Positions 1-12,341 of a stretch of 64,000 bases of DNA are shown here, piece after piece; the stretch's first letter is position 1, and each line of letters opens with the position of its first letter. The notes below the pieces were generated by a model that was given only the letters and a program-made list of their open reading frames with translations, had not been told where the DNA came from and searched no databases. A program made the position numbers and the translations under genes. Source of the DNA: Antedon mediterranea (Eukaryota; Animalia; Echinodermata); NCBI RefSeq assembly GCF_964355755.1, contig NC_092680.1, forward strand, positions 3,100,001 to 3,164,000, written 5' to 3'.

Positions 1-999
1 CGATTGGTCAACTTTTTCACAGAAACACGTGTCTCCTGCATGCTACACACCAAACTCCGCCCAGAGGAAGTTTTAAGAACTTTTTTACTAGAGGGAGCTA
101 TTCATGGTTGAAGAGTTGCCAGGATCATACAATAATGTTTTATGTTGTTATTATGTATAAGGACTTCAAAACGCATGGACAATTAGGTTATCAAAAGTTA
201 TTAGCTTAGGGTGTCTAGATGATTGAATTTACGTTAGGTGGCAGTGTGATCGACGTTTCATGTCAAGTTAATATAGTAAACTTGTTTTAATCCATAAGAT
301 TTAAACTTGAAGTTGATACTTATTAATAGATTAATTTGCTGAATGCATAAATCTAAAGCTGTACTTATTCGCAATATTTCAAACACCATAATATGAATAA
401 CTAGAGCCTATAATAAAAGGCAACATGAACATTTTTTACCATAATAAACAACTAAACTAAATTAATATATATATTTGGCGGCAAGAACAATTGTATAATC
501 AGTACAATACTACTACAGATTGTATGAATATTATGATTTTAAAACAAATTTGTTTAGAAATATATTAATAACGTGAAATGCTAGATGTCATAAATTAATA
601 AATCTAATGTTTTAACAGTTATGAATTAACCGTATCTTATTTTTTTAATCATAATGTTATATGTTATTATTTCAATATGTTAAAATTAGTTACAGATGTC
701 AGGATAGGCTTTTATGTTAGAATTAAGGCAAAAATAATTATTAGTCCTCTCTCCATGACGGTTGTCACATAATGCTTTCTATTATTTTTTATTGTATTTA
801 TATGTTTCATATGGACAGTTTGTCTGAAATAAAGTTGAATTGAATTGAATTGAATAGTAATACTTTTTACATTTTATCTTCATTATACAACGACGAGACA
901 ACTAAATTACGTAAACAGTTCACCGACATTTTTAGTATTATTACTGAAATTTGGAATGTGCAAAATCTATTCTAACCCGTGGTTAATTTTTATTCGGAC

Positions 1000-1040
<41 letters not shown>

Positions 1041-1369
1041 AAATATTATATATAATATACAGGATAAAACATATCAGATAACAGTGTATCTGTTTTACAT
1101 TGTGGTCCTGTCTTAATCAAAATATACAAAAGAGAAACTTAATTAAATATAATACAGTTTTTATGAAAAGAAATAAATAGTAATTAATACAACGATAATT
1201 AAATAAGAACAATTTTATAATAATCATTTATTTCAATTACCATATCTGCTATTTGTTAGTACATTTTTTACCAAATTGTGAACCACGATGGTGGTGAGTA
1301 TGTGTTTAAACATCGCGCTTCTCACTTTGTTTACTTACTTGTTTAAAAAAAAACATGTTTTCTGGAACA

Positions 1370-3195
1370 GTTTGGATGCCGTGTACGTTGTTATATGCAA
1401 ATGATTGCAGAGTGGGGAAGATGGTATTGTTATAGTCATTCGCGGTCAACACGCCACACTGTTAAATTTTGATGTTGTTAATCTTTACATTAGAAGATTA
1501 TTCAAATCATGTAAAGAAACAATTTTCCGAGCGGGAACCTAAAAGCTCCACTCTTAGTTTGCAAAAGTAATCTCGAAAAGAAGTCCATCTGGTTTGTCTC
1601 CGTTCTTGAATGGGGTTAATGGGAACTGATGAGATCAAATATAGAACATTTGTAAAGATGCCGATGCCTAGACCAGGCTTCGAAATTGGACTAATTCCCC
1701 GGCTGTGCTAGGCCTTAGGTATAATGTGATTATTGTAATTGTTTTATGAAAATTGGACAATTAAAATTGGTAACTAAAACGGCACTCTGAGTGCATACCT
1801 CCTCCTACTGTAAAATTCTCCTACATAAGATTTCATCGGGAAAAAAAATTAAATTTTTTATGTCTTAATGTGTGTGATTAGGCTAATTTCACTACAACCA
1901 TGTGTATGCGAATTTGGTGTAGGCCCTAATGGTTATGTAACCAGCCTTTCAACTAAAAATAGTTTAATTTGAATAACAATAGAACAGCCAACAACAAACG
2001 GGTGAATTTGAAAAGAAGTAGGTTTTTTAAAACTACTCGTATCAAAAAACCTGTAAGTACATTAAATTAAATTATGTTTTAAAATTAAAAATTACAAATT
2101 ATAACTCTTGCCTCTTGTAGAAAAATGAAGTTTTTTGGACAAGTAGTTCTCGAGAAAATGCAATTTCAGTTTTAATGGAAGCCTAATTTATATAGACATT
2201 CATCCAGGTAGTTTAGAAAGATATCATGTTCACAGATCATACGTACTCCTTTCCACCACACATCATGAGGCGATAACATCAATGCATCTGGTGATGTGCT
2301 GGAAACGACCCTAAAAGGCTGTGACAGGGCCTTAGTGCTGAGGCAGGGAGAGCACATTTAACATCTTTTATTTTTCTGTGGCTTTCGCCACCTGTATTTT
2401 TTATATTAGTTTTACAGTTGATGGATGTTTTAATTAAAATTTTTAAATTGTAAATTTGTTCTATGTATGATGTAATTGTGATGTTTTTACCATATTTTTT
2501 CTGTCGAGGAAAACAATTTTTCCATGTACATTTTATATACTGTATACGGAACGAATAAAGATTTGATTTGATTTGATATTGTAAATGTTATGTTTAGCGC
2601 CCTCAATTTTAATCAGAAAAAGGGGAATTAACATTTTTTTTTTCGTTTTAAGTGAAGAGAATTTATATCTCATCGTTGTTTAGTATGGCGTGCGTTGTTA
2701 TGCGTAGTGGGGACGATAGTATTTGCGGTAGCACGCCACACTGTTTTTTTTTATGTTGTTAATCTTTTACATTAGAAGATTATTATTCTTGCGTAGGCCT
2801 ACCACATTATACTGTATTTTGAAATATCCGTTTCATGCAAGATATTGTATTGTAATATGTTATGAATAACAGTTTATGGTAGTGGTACCGCCCAGAATAA
2901 ATATCTTTAAAACAGATAGGCCTAGTTTGTCTCCGTTTTTCGAACCTAGCACAGCTCTATATTTCAAAATTGTCTTTGCTCATCCCTAAGCATGGTGGGG
3001 TAGTGAAGACTGTTCTATTTTGTTTCAAAATAATAGATGTCATTTTTTCAGTTTGGATGCCGTGTGTGTTGTTATGCAAATGAGTTTATACAGGTGTAGT
3101 GGAGAAGATGGTATTGTTAGTCATTCGCGGTCAGCACGCCACACTGTTAAATTTTGATGTTGTTAGTCTTTACATTAGAAGATTCAAATCATGTA
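1370..3195. repeat. Three diverged local copies of a ~110-145 bp segment (1370-1512, 2682-2787, 3051-3195)
   Basis: Shared core ...CACGCCACACTGTT...TTGTTA(A/G)TCTTT(T)ACATTAGAAGATT; each copy is immediately preceded by AG; copies 1 and 3 contain ATGCAAAT. Confidence 0.8.
2175..2577 (+). mobile_element. Probable 3' end remnant of a LINE (L2/CR1 group)
   Basis: More GC-rich body, then a T-rich tract ending AATAAAGATTTGATTTGATTTGA, a short-repeat tail typical of L2/CR1-group elements; no RT motif recognised. Confidence 0.4.
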
Positions 3196-3435
3196 CAGTC
3201 GAGCAGCAAAGTGCTCATTTAACCGTTAAAACGCTGTTTTTTAACTGCGCAGGTCACTGAGCATCGCCAAGTTATAGTGACTTCCGGTTCGCTTTTCACT
3301 TCGCGGCAAGCATTTTGCATGGGAATACCCTTACAAATCTGCTGCAATTTCCACCATCCGGGTTAAATTATATCTTTCTATATTTGGAAATTGTTACTCC
3401 TAATATGGAAGATTATTCCCGCCACAAAATTTTGG

Positions 3436-5325
3436 TATAAATAGCCCAGGAAATGACGACAGAGCTTATTGAAGAAAAAAGTGCAGATGGAGGTGTTCGT
3501 TGAGGTAGGCTACATGATTTATTTGTTTGGTTTCGTAGGGAATCCGGCACTTTTCTCATCAGCACGGAACCTTTATAAAAACTTAGTGGTTGGTTATTAG
3601 GTTATTAATCTATCTTTTCTGAAAGTTTAAGCTTGGTTCAGCTTGTGGGACGGATTCAATATCCGTTCAAAGCTGGGGATATATTCTAAGCAGACTCCAT
3701 CTTGGATTCGTATGTTTAGTACAGGCCGTGTGGTTGAGTAATTTCAATCCTTCAAAATCACTATGTGCAATCCGTTTTTAAACCAGTTAATATACCAAAA
3801 TATGTTATTAGTAGCTTTATTATTTTGGATTTGGTGCTAGTTTGGTAAATATTGCAATATAATTGTAGATTATTTGGTTGTAAAAAAATGTACCCAACTT
3901 GTATTATCTAGGCCTAGGCTAGCCCATTTGACGGAAACCCAGTGCTATTTGTAGAGGGATAGAGAGGGCCGCAGGCTAGTTTTTAGTGGCATATCGCCGG
4001 CTTATTATAATCAATGTGAAGCCATATTATGTTTAAAATGTTGAATCTATATCCACTGAATTATGGATATATATCGTCGGATATTTAAGGAACGCCGTGG
4101 TTAGGATTCCGGCACCGGAACTCAACTGCCCACCGTTAGGGAATCCGACACGCTATTGCGCATGCCCAGAGCTCTGGGAAGTGAATTATAGCTTGCACTA
4201 AATAGTGCCACACCACGCGGAGAGCATACGGAGAGTCGGAGTGTTATAGGGATTTACTGTAGCCTAGATAGTTGTTGCGCGAGCGAGAGAGCGATGGATG
4301 AAACTTCATGGCCTATGCCATACATGAATTAATAATTAAAATACGACTAATTATATATTATAATATTTATAATGATATTAATAAGTATCAGTATCTATCT
4401 AAGATTTAAGAATCGTAATGCTGTTTTTAGCGTTGCGACCCTGACTTCCCGAACAGTTTTTTCACATCCACGCGGTGGCTGCCGTGTCAACAAATCAACT
4501 TGTGATTGCATGTTGTTTTTGTACAGCAAAGAACTTAAGTTCTTTGTGTACAGTATAATGCGTTATGAAAAATCATAAAACTAGTCATGTAATTATATAA
4601 TTCATAATGATATGAAGTTTATATATGAATGAAGCAACCACTTTTTAATTACAAAATAAATACTATACGCCCACTGGTCACGTCTAACTGGTAGCCCTAG
4701 CCTAGATTAGTGGATCCCATCAGTAGGCATCTAGGCTAGTTCGCCGTGTGTTGTGGCGCAGCTCATGAAACGATCCATCGCTGTTATTGATAAGTATAGA
4801 GTCGCCGATTACCTCGCTCTGCGCATGCGCAATCGCGTGTCGGATTCCCTAACGCTGGGCAGTTGAGTTCCGGTGCCGGAATCCTAACCACGGCGTTTAA
4901 GGAAAGTCCTAGGCCTACCCTTTTAATTTACTTAATTAATTTAGGACTATATTACGGGAAATTCTTTGCCAAAGAAAAGAAAATATGTTGTGGCTGTTGG
5001 AGGTTTGTAATGACAATAATGTAGCCTAGGCTAGGAAGGACTGTAGGTAGGATGAGGTAATTTGGATGGTCGTACGTACATAGTATGATATTTATATATA
5101 CAGTATAGTAGTAGTGATCATGGCGACACAATTTAGGATGACTAAAGTTGACATTAAAATTATTTAACTATGAATAGCTCATTATTGGTGTTTTTTTTTC
5201 TTTCAGGTTTCTAAGAAACTATCCGACTTGTGATTCATCTTGTGCTGCAAAAACAATCCTATTTTGATATTTGTAAATTGATGTACGTAACAGATGTCTT
5301 TAAAAATAAAAAAATAAATAAAAAT
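3436..5325 (+). ncRNA. Candidate two-exon non-coding or micropeptide transcript
   Basis: TTCCCGCC (3416), TATAAATAG (3436), donor GAG|GTAGGC at 3505, polypyrimidine acceptor TTTCTTTCAG ending 5207, AATAAA near 5306-5320; spliced ORF only 14 aa (MEVFVEVSKKLSDL). Confidence 0.3.
4093..4895. mobile_element. Non-autonomous Mutator-like (MULE) DNA element, 803 bp
   Basis: ~80 bp terminal inverted repeats CGCCGTGGTTAGGATTCCGGCACCGGAACTCAACTGCCCA... / ...TGGGCAGTTGAGTTCCGGTGCCGGAATCCTAACCACGGCG; perfect 9 bp TSD TTTAAGGAA at 4084-4092 and 4896-4904. Confidence 0.85.
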
Positions 5326-5742
5326 GTTTATTATAGCGATGATTTAACTCAAATATTGACATATATAACTTGATATTTTAGCCTGAGCAAGATAGTTTGA
5401 TAGGCATATTTTACTTCGATGTAAACAAGATATTACAATTACATGTTATACTGTATGTAAAATACTTTTGTGTAAATAAAATTATTTAATGGTGGTTAAT
5501 TTATTAACTTGTTAATTTGTTTGTTAGTTATATGATGTTATACTACTGTATTAATTATTTAGTTAGTAACCAAAGTGGAGTGGATTCGTGCCAGTTGCAA
5601 CTTGACTGTAATATGCATATATATAATAATATGTACTTCTTGGATAAAGTTAAAGGAAAATAAGCAATAATAAAAATTAAATATTTATTTTGCCATAAAG
5701 AAAGCAAAAACTAAACATACAGTACTATATGTACAGTAATAC

Positions 5743-5762
5743 CATGGACCTATAGGTCCATG
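5743..5762. mobile_element. 20 bp perfect palindrome with 7 bp direct repeats; putative DNA-transposon footprint
   Basis: GTAATAC|CATGGACCTATAGGTCCATG|GTAATAC. Confidence 0.6.
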
Positions 5763-5859
5763 GTAATACATACTGTAGTATTGAGCACCAGTAGCAGAGA
5801 CGTCTGGACAATCGAATATAATCGTTATCAGCTGTCTGGGTACCCAAGGCTAGTGCTAG

Positions 5860-6530
5860 AAAATGGCGAAAATTCGTGTATTCATTCGCCGTCAGCGAAA
5901 TGAATCCGGCACTTTTCTCATCAGAAGCAAATCAACAAATCCTTTTATCAGTTTGTTTTGATATATAATCTGGATAATATATATTAAAATGGCCTTGGTT
6001 CAAGCATGTTTAACGGGTAAAATCAGATTTTTTCCTACCTAGGCCCCTTAGCACTGCGGTACCCTACGCCATGTGGGGGAACCGATCTCAGCAGTATTTC
6101 TTAAGTAGCCTATCTTTCGTAAACTCCTTAGTTGAATTTTATTAATATAAATTTAATTGTATGAATATGCTATTTAAATGTTATTGAACATTTTTTTGCT
6201 GCATTTTGTAATTCCGCACTACTTGCTTTATCGCGATTCCAAGATGGCGGCAATTCAAATTTTGATTTGGTAATAATTCGCGAGGTCAACCACTTTGCTG
6301 CCCGACTGGTAAAGAAAACAATTTTCCGGGCGGGAACGGGAACCTATCAGCTCTCCTCTTTTATTTGCAAAAGTTCGGGAAGCAAAATTCTAACAATTAA
6401 ACTTATCTTAACTAGGGTCACGAAAACTTTAGTGGACCAGGGCCTCTGATTCGAGTGGAGAATCCTACTATGTCATTTAAAATGGCGTTACGGCAGAAAG
6501 ATTCTCTCAGCCGATTCGCGCGATGGTATT
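5860..6530 (+). promoter_or_regulatory. CpG-richer promoter-like region with three YY1-type motifs
   Basis: AAAATGGCG (5860), CAAGATGGCGGC (6240-6251, full YY1 consensus), AAAATGGCG (6479), several TCGCG motifs. Confidence 0.45.
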
Positions 6531-6889
6531 TAAATTGAAATTTATTTAATTTAGATCTATAATTCGCGTTTACCACCTGTATTAAGTTAATTTTAAGAAA
6601 AAGAAATCGATTGTGACATTAAATGAAATCCATTTCATGTTGTTGAAGATCGGTCAGGACGAATAATGAGTTTTAAAGGCCTGCAATTTTATTTCATTAT
6701 TTATTTTATAGTTATACACTTTATTACAAGCTAACAATTTATTTTCACAGAAATCATGGTATTCCCAGTTTTGTTTATGTATAATATATAACTTTTGATT
6801 CCCTACATGAGGTATCTTTACTAATACGGCGGCGGACAAATCTATGCCAGAGTCCCTAAGCTACCAAAATAGTGAATACATTTTGCTAT

Positions 6890-7225
6890 AGATACTTGCT
6901 TGCTTGATACTTGCTTGATGTTATGGGTCGGTTAGAAAGCTAAATATAGCTTATATGACCCTTCTTGTCTTCGTATGACTCCGGGCTCCGGGTACACATA
7001 ATGTTCCAAAGTGATTATAAATATGAAAAGGTAAACTTGCAGTCAAGGGACTTCCAATGACCATTGAGGAGTGACTTGAACAGATTTAAATTTGGAGCAT
7101 TTACAACATTAGATGGCAAGTTATTCCATGAGTCCACAACTCTACAACTGAAGGAAAACTTCCTGGAATTAAGCCTAAACTTGTTTTTATATAGCTTGTA
7201 TTCATGACCTCTAGTTCCATGACAA
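6890..7225 (-). mobile_element. CR1-group LINE 3' fragment (ORF2 C-terminus, 3' UTR, tail)
   Basis: Minus strand reads HGTRGHEYKLYKNKFRLNSRKFSFSCRVVDSWNNLPSNVVNAPNLNLFKSLLNGHW, the TRGH..KL / RVV..WN.LP..VV.A / FK..L signature of CR1 ORF2; short-repeat tail (CAAGCAAGTAT) near 6890-6920. Confidence 0.85.
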
Positions 7226-8274
7226 TCAACAATAGACGATCAAAGTAATAAAGAAAAACATTATGAGAAATGCTTAGGTAATTCTAAAATACATATTTCC
7301 GTCTGTATGTGAAAACTATATTATATTTTATTTTGATAATATTATGTTTGAAGACAATAATCCGTGTATTTTTGCTCTCCTGGCGAACACTGATTCTGGC
7401 AATCATTATTTCCAAGATGCTGGTTTCGGGATATAGATTGGATGAAAGTTCACGTCTGTTGTTGTTGTGATCGATACCCCACAGTATATCTCTCGAAGTC
7501 TACTTATTTAATGTACAAAATTAGGCTTATTATTGAAATTTTTCACCGTATTCACCAATCAGCAAGGAAATAAATTGGGTGGGTGGAATAAGGTAGGTAT
7601 TGCTATAACATAAAATGGTTTTATGTAGGCCTAGCGTAGAGACCTAGCTGGCTCGGTACCCGGACCCGCCGTAGAAGCCTAGGCTAGGCTAGGCCTACTT
7701 GTTTCCAGACTTAGGCTAAGATTAGCTAGGGTTAGCTCCTATTATGCTATTTGCATTTCAGGTGTATGCAAAGAATTTATTTTCTACTGTGTGTTTAATA
7801 CGAAAGAACTGCATAACAAACATGTTAATACTAATAGCCAAAATATTATGATTGGTGTTATGTATGTGTGCCTGATAAAATTCATCAAATACAATAAAAA
7901 TAAGTAAAGTTCTGTTCTTTGCAAATATAACCGACTTCATTTCAGAGCTGCTGGTGGTAATGTTGGATAATTAAGCTATTTGTTTTCTACAACATTGATA
8001 CAGTAATACGAATTTTATGTTAGCAAATATGAATAAAAATGTGTTGATTACTAAATAGTTTTATGCATGATGGCAGAAACATGGATATCATAGTCTATAG
8101 TATTATAAATAAGATCATCTTGCATATTTTCTGTTTTGTTTTCATTATTATTAAATCATTACTGAGCAAATATACTCTATATTGATTAAACTTCCCTTTT
8201 CCAGACTTCTGTAGCAATCAAAGCGGTAAAAAAAAAGTATTTTACGAAAACGACTAGCACAACCGGAGAAAGAC

Positions 8275-8460
8275 ATGCGGAAGTTACCGTTTAGTAATAT
8301 CCTCATTGCAACAGTTCTAGGTTTCGCTGGAGGCATCTACATTTATAAACCCATCTATGAAAATTATGCACATGAACAATATGTTAAGAAATTGGAAAAT
8401 GAATCGGATGCCAATAAGACAGAGGAAGTGGAACAAATAGAAAACAAAGTTGAAACGTGA
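8275..8460 (+). CDS. PIGBOS1: PIGBOS1-like single-TM mitochondrial outer membrane microprotein, 61 aa
   Basis: MRKLPFSNILIATVLGFAGGIYIYKPIYENYA aligns with recalled human PIGBOS1 ([31 protein letters not shown]); acceptor CCCTTTTCCAG ending 8204, likely upstream non-coding exon with donor AAG|GTAGGT at 7593, AATAAA near 8787-8800. Confidence 0.9.
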   Translation: MRKLPFSNILIATVLGFAGGIYIYKPIYENYAHEQYVKKLENESDANKTEEVEQIENKVET

Positions 8461-9100
8461 ACAGACATGATGAACAGAATGATCTGTACAAACTTGTCAT
8501 AAAGAGAGCAACAATCCTTCACCAAGTGTTAAGTATAATATACAGTAGTTCCTTTCGTCAACTTCTGAATTCAACCAGCAAATTATTGATTGGAATAGGT
8601 GCTTACCTTCAGTGATGCTTACTGTAACTTTAGTGATGTTAAAGTATATTTAGACAATTCGGAATTTGTTAAGAAACTTTTTAAAAAACGTTTCTCCCTC
8701 ACAAACTCCAGTTTATCAGTTCATTTGACTAACAAAAAGATCAATCAATTTTTCACAGGACTGTTAGCGTTTGTATGTCATACTAAAATAAAATAATAAA
8801 GTGTTGTGGATAATTTTTTAATAGATTGTAAAAAGCTATGAGTTGATACAGCAGTATTTAAGTAAATAAAGGCAAATTTTCACAAATGAAATGTTTTTTT
8901 GAATTATATTTTTTTTTTTCTGGTGGAACTAGCCTTAAAGCCCTCCGGGCTTATTTATGTTTCTCCAGCATAAGTGCATTCTAATTATAAAAAAAACAAA
9001 AAAAAACACTGTAATATTATTTCACAATGATGTATCTTATGAAAATAAATTGAATTGAATGTTCAAGTCTTTCATAACAACCTGCAATTTGACAACCATT

Positions 9101-9651
9101 GGCAGTACAGTACAGTACTAGGCAGTACAGTACTAGGCAGTACAGTACAGTACTAGGCAGTACAGTACAGTACTAGGCAGTACAGTACAGTACTAGGCAG
9201 TACAGTACTAGGCAGTACAGTACAGTACAGTACTAGGCAGTACAGTACAGTACTAGGCAGTACAGTACAGTACTAGGCAGTACAGTACAGTACTAGGCAG
9301 TACAGTACAGTACTAGGCAGTACAGTACAGTACTAGGCAGTACAGTACAGTACTAGGCAGTACAGTACAGTACTAGGCAGTACAGTACTAGGCAGTACAG
9401 TACAGTACTAGGCAGTACAGTACAGTACTAGGCAGTACAGTACAGTACTAGGCAGTACAGTACTAGGCAGTACAGTACTAGGCAGTACAGTACAGGGCAG
9501 TACAGTACAGTACTAGGCAGTACAGTACAGTACTAGGCAGTACAGTACAGTACTAGGCAGTACAGTACAGTACTAGGCAGTACAGTACTAGGCAGTACAG
9601 TACAGTACTAGGCAGTACAGTACAGTACTAGGCAGTACAGTACAGTACTAG
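9101..9651. repeat. Compound tandem repeat GGCAGTAC(AGTAC)1-3TA, mostly 15 and 20 bp units
   Basis: Directly visible; lies between the convergent 3' ends of PIGBOS1 and UQCR11. Confidence 0.97.
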
Positions 9652-10479
9652 CCCTTCATTCTGATCCGTCAAACAGCTTTAATCAATACTGCAACTCTTC
9701 GTATTACAGCATAATGTAAACGGAAAAATAATGCACGATTAAGTGTAAATACATGCAACCAACGCCACTCCCAGGTTACTGGATATAATAAAAGATCACA
9801 TCGAATGTAGGCCTAAATATTTAGGGTTTTAATGACATAAAATCAGTTGAAATAAACACTCAAATACTATCTGTAACAGATAATTATGTTTCTTTGTTTT
9901 GTTTATTAACACAAACTCAGCAATCTTATATCTTTAAAGTAAGTTAACATAAATGAGAATAACACTCCAGTGAAAATCAAAGTTTCTCTACATTTTCAGT
10001 TCAATTAAAAGTTCTGTTTTATTCACAGTATCAAGCAAACATCAAATTGCATCTGGAAATATTTCTCCCAATGACATCTGAAAATGGAAAAATAAAATAT
10101 TACTAATTAAAACATGGCATACAACAAAGATGGGGGTGGGGGAGGGTTAGGACAACAAAGGCACCAGGGATATCACTTTATGCTACCTAGTCTTCCCTGC
10201 TATTAGTACTGTATTACTAAACCAATTCAATATTTATTGTACATTTTATTCATTAGGACAGATTTAATGTCTTGTCTATATTTTTGTTTGAAAACCAATT
10301 TATAAGTATATTCAGTTCTCTTTTTGATTCCTCTCCTGTTTATATCTTGGATGTTGTTTGCAATTGTATTTTCATGACATTTTTTTATACTAATTAAATA
10401 ATAATAATAATAAATTGGTGAAAACCGTGACAATAAAACCATTAATTTACTTCTTTTTTATCTAGGTATCTGCATGTGT

Positions 10480-10600
10480 TTATTCTTCTGTCTTGAATTG
10501 TTGTTTGATGTATGGTAATTTGTCAAGCACCAGTTTCCAATTTGTCATATAGACCAATCCGACAGCAGCTCCTGCTCCCCATACATATCCAGTCTTTCGC
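10480..10600 (-). CDS. UQCR11: Cytochrome b-c1 complex subunit 10 (UQCR11/QCR10), coding exon 2
   Basis: Acceptor AG at 10602-10601; reads (W)RKTGYVWGAGAAVGLVYMTNWKLVLDKLPYIKQQFKTEE*, matching the family motif WGA...GLV..TDW.L.LD..PYI; donor at 10450 and acceptor at 10079-10078 imply a non-coding third exon. Confidence 0.93.
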
Positions 10601-11024
10601 CTTTTTACCAAAATAAAATTGTAATTAACATTTACGGTTTAAAATTAAACTGTACACATAGGCCTATTGCTTACTAAAAATATTAATTAATATAATACTA
10701 TTTTTTGTTCACAACAATCACACTGTCCGTATGTTCAGTGAATTAGTGTTACTAGTCTAGGCCTAGTTAGTGGTAAGTATTACGTTTGGACTAGTATAAA
10801 ATAGTTTTTTTGAAGTGTATGCATGTTCAACCATGCCAATGCATTGTAATTTGGTCAAGTTCTTGGTGGGACGATTCGTCCACCTACGTACCAACACTGC
10901 CGCGCCAGCAAGTTTAGTTAGCGGCTACTTGATTGACACAGCCTTGTACGTATAGTTGGGGCCTGGCCTAATAAGCACAGAGAACTATATTTAATTCAAG
11001 CGGTCTGAAAGAATGTTAACTTAC

Positions 11025-11086
11025 CAACTGGCTGCTATTTCAATGTATTTTCTTCCAATATATCTATTTAAAATTTGAGTAATCAT
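11025..11086 (-). CDS. UQCR11: UQCR11 coding exon 1; spliced protein 60 aa
   Basis: ATG at 11086; MITQILNRYIGRKYIEIAAS then TG|GTAAG (phase 2), completing a Trp codon with exon 2; resembles recalled human MVTRFLGPRYRELVKNW. Confidence 0.9.
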
Positions 11087-12341
11087 TTTAAACCTTTTTT
11101 CGTGATTCTTAGTTTTACCGGTGTTTTTTCCACTTCAATTCTACGTACTCGACTCTACTAGTACTAATCCTACACTGTATAGAAAGAGGGCAGCAAACAC
11201 AAAAACGTATACAAAAATCACAATTTTAAATTTAAAATAAATTTATTGAAAAATCAATGGGAAAATAAAAACACAGCCCTACATGATCACTAACGAATTT
11301 GAACGTATTTTGTCTGATTTAAATTTCGAAAGCTGACAAAGAGAGGATATTGCCAGATTATAACAAATTGTAATAATTAGGCGACCTACTAATTCTATGT
11401 TCGTTTGTGGGATATAACAAGAAGTATCGACGGTAGTAGTAGAGTACGTACAATTTAAAATCTGAGTGCGTACTTTTAGAGTGGGCACGAGCATACTCAG
11501 GTAGTACTCCTTTTGATTATTCACCTGCTTGTGTGTTATAATAATATGGCCTGGTTTCTTGAATGAAACGGACACATACACATTGATTACACAGAGATCC
11601 AATGAGATAATCATAAATGATTTTGGGCCAGTACAGAATAAAGTTGCCTTCAATGGTATTTTCGTATATTCCTTTGCAATGCAAAGTTATAACAATATTC
11701 CGTGTAGTTCGAGTTAAATCTTGTAGGGGTCGTAATCGGAAATTGTTGGCCGGCCTACTATCTGGGGCAACTTACAGGATAAAATTACTGTTAATGATAT
11801 TTTCGTATATCCCACTAAGGATAATACAGCAATGTACTCTATTCTCGGGCAACTTACAGGACAAAGTTGCTGCCATTGCTGTTTTAACATTGTACACACA
11901 TACGGGAACGATGTCCAACAACTTTTATCCATGTGGCTTTTCACATGATTAAATCCATTTTTTACCCGATCCTATTTGGTGCCCCAGGAAAAATTTACAG
12001 GATATGACCAGGTAACAATACTGATTATTGATGAATCTTGGCCATATAATCAGCCCATATAATCAGCCCATCAATCAGCTTTTCACATGAATAAACTTTC
12101 TGGGCGCCCGGTCTACTTGTTTAAAACAACTGAAATTGAGCAGAGATTCTATTCAAAGTGTATGTTAAATGTAGTTAATTTTCTTCTGGTTAACAATCAT
12201 ATATCTGTTAAAAATGTATTTATAGAGAATGTTTTTCTAGGTTCTTGTGTCAGTCGAGTCATATTTGCAAATGCAAACATGTGATTTATTTTTATTTTCA
12301 AATTTCCTGAAATATTACCATGTAAACTATTATGTAAACAT

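Noticed and set aside
1-120. Promoter-like motif cluster (ATTGG, CACGTG, CCGCCC, AGGAAG)
   Set aside because: At the window edge with no assignable transcript
1396-3081. ATGCAAAT octamers suggesting snRNA genes
   Set aside because: No U1, U2, U4, U5, U6, 7SK, 7SL or telomerase-template sequence recognised nearby
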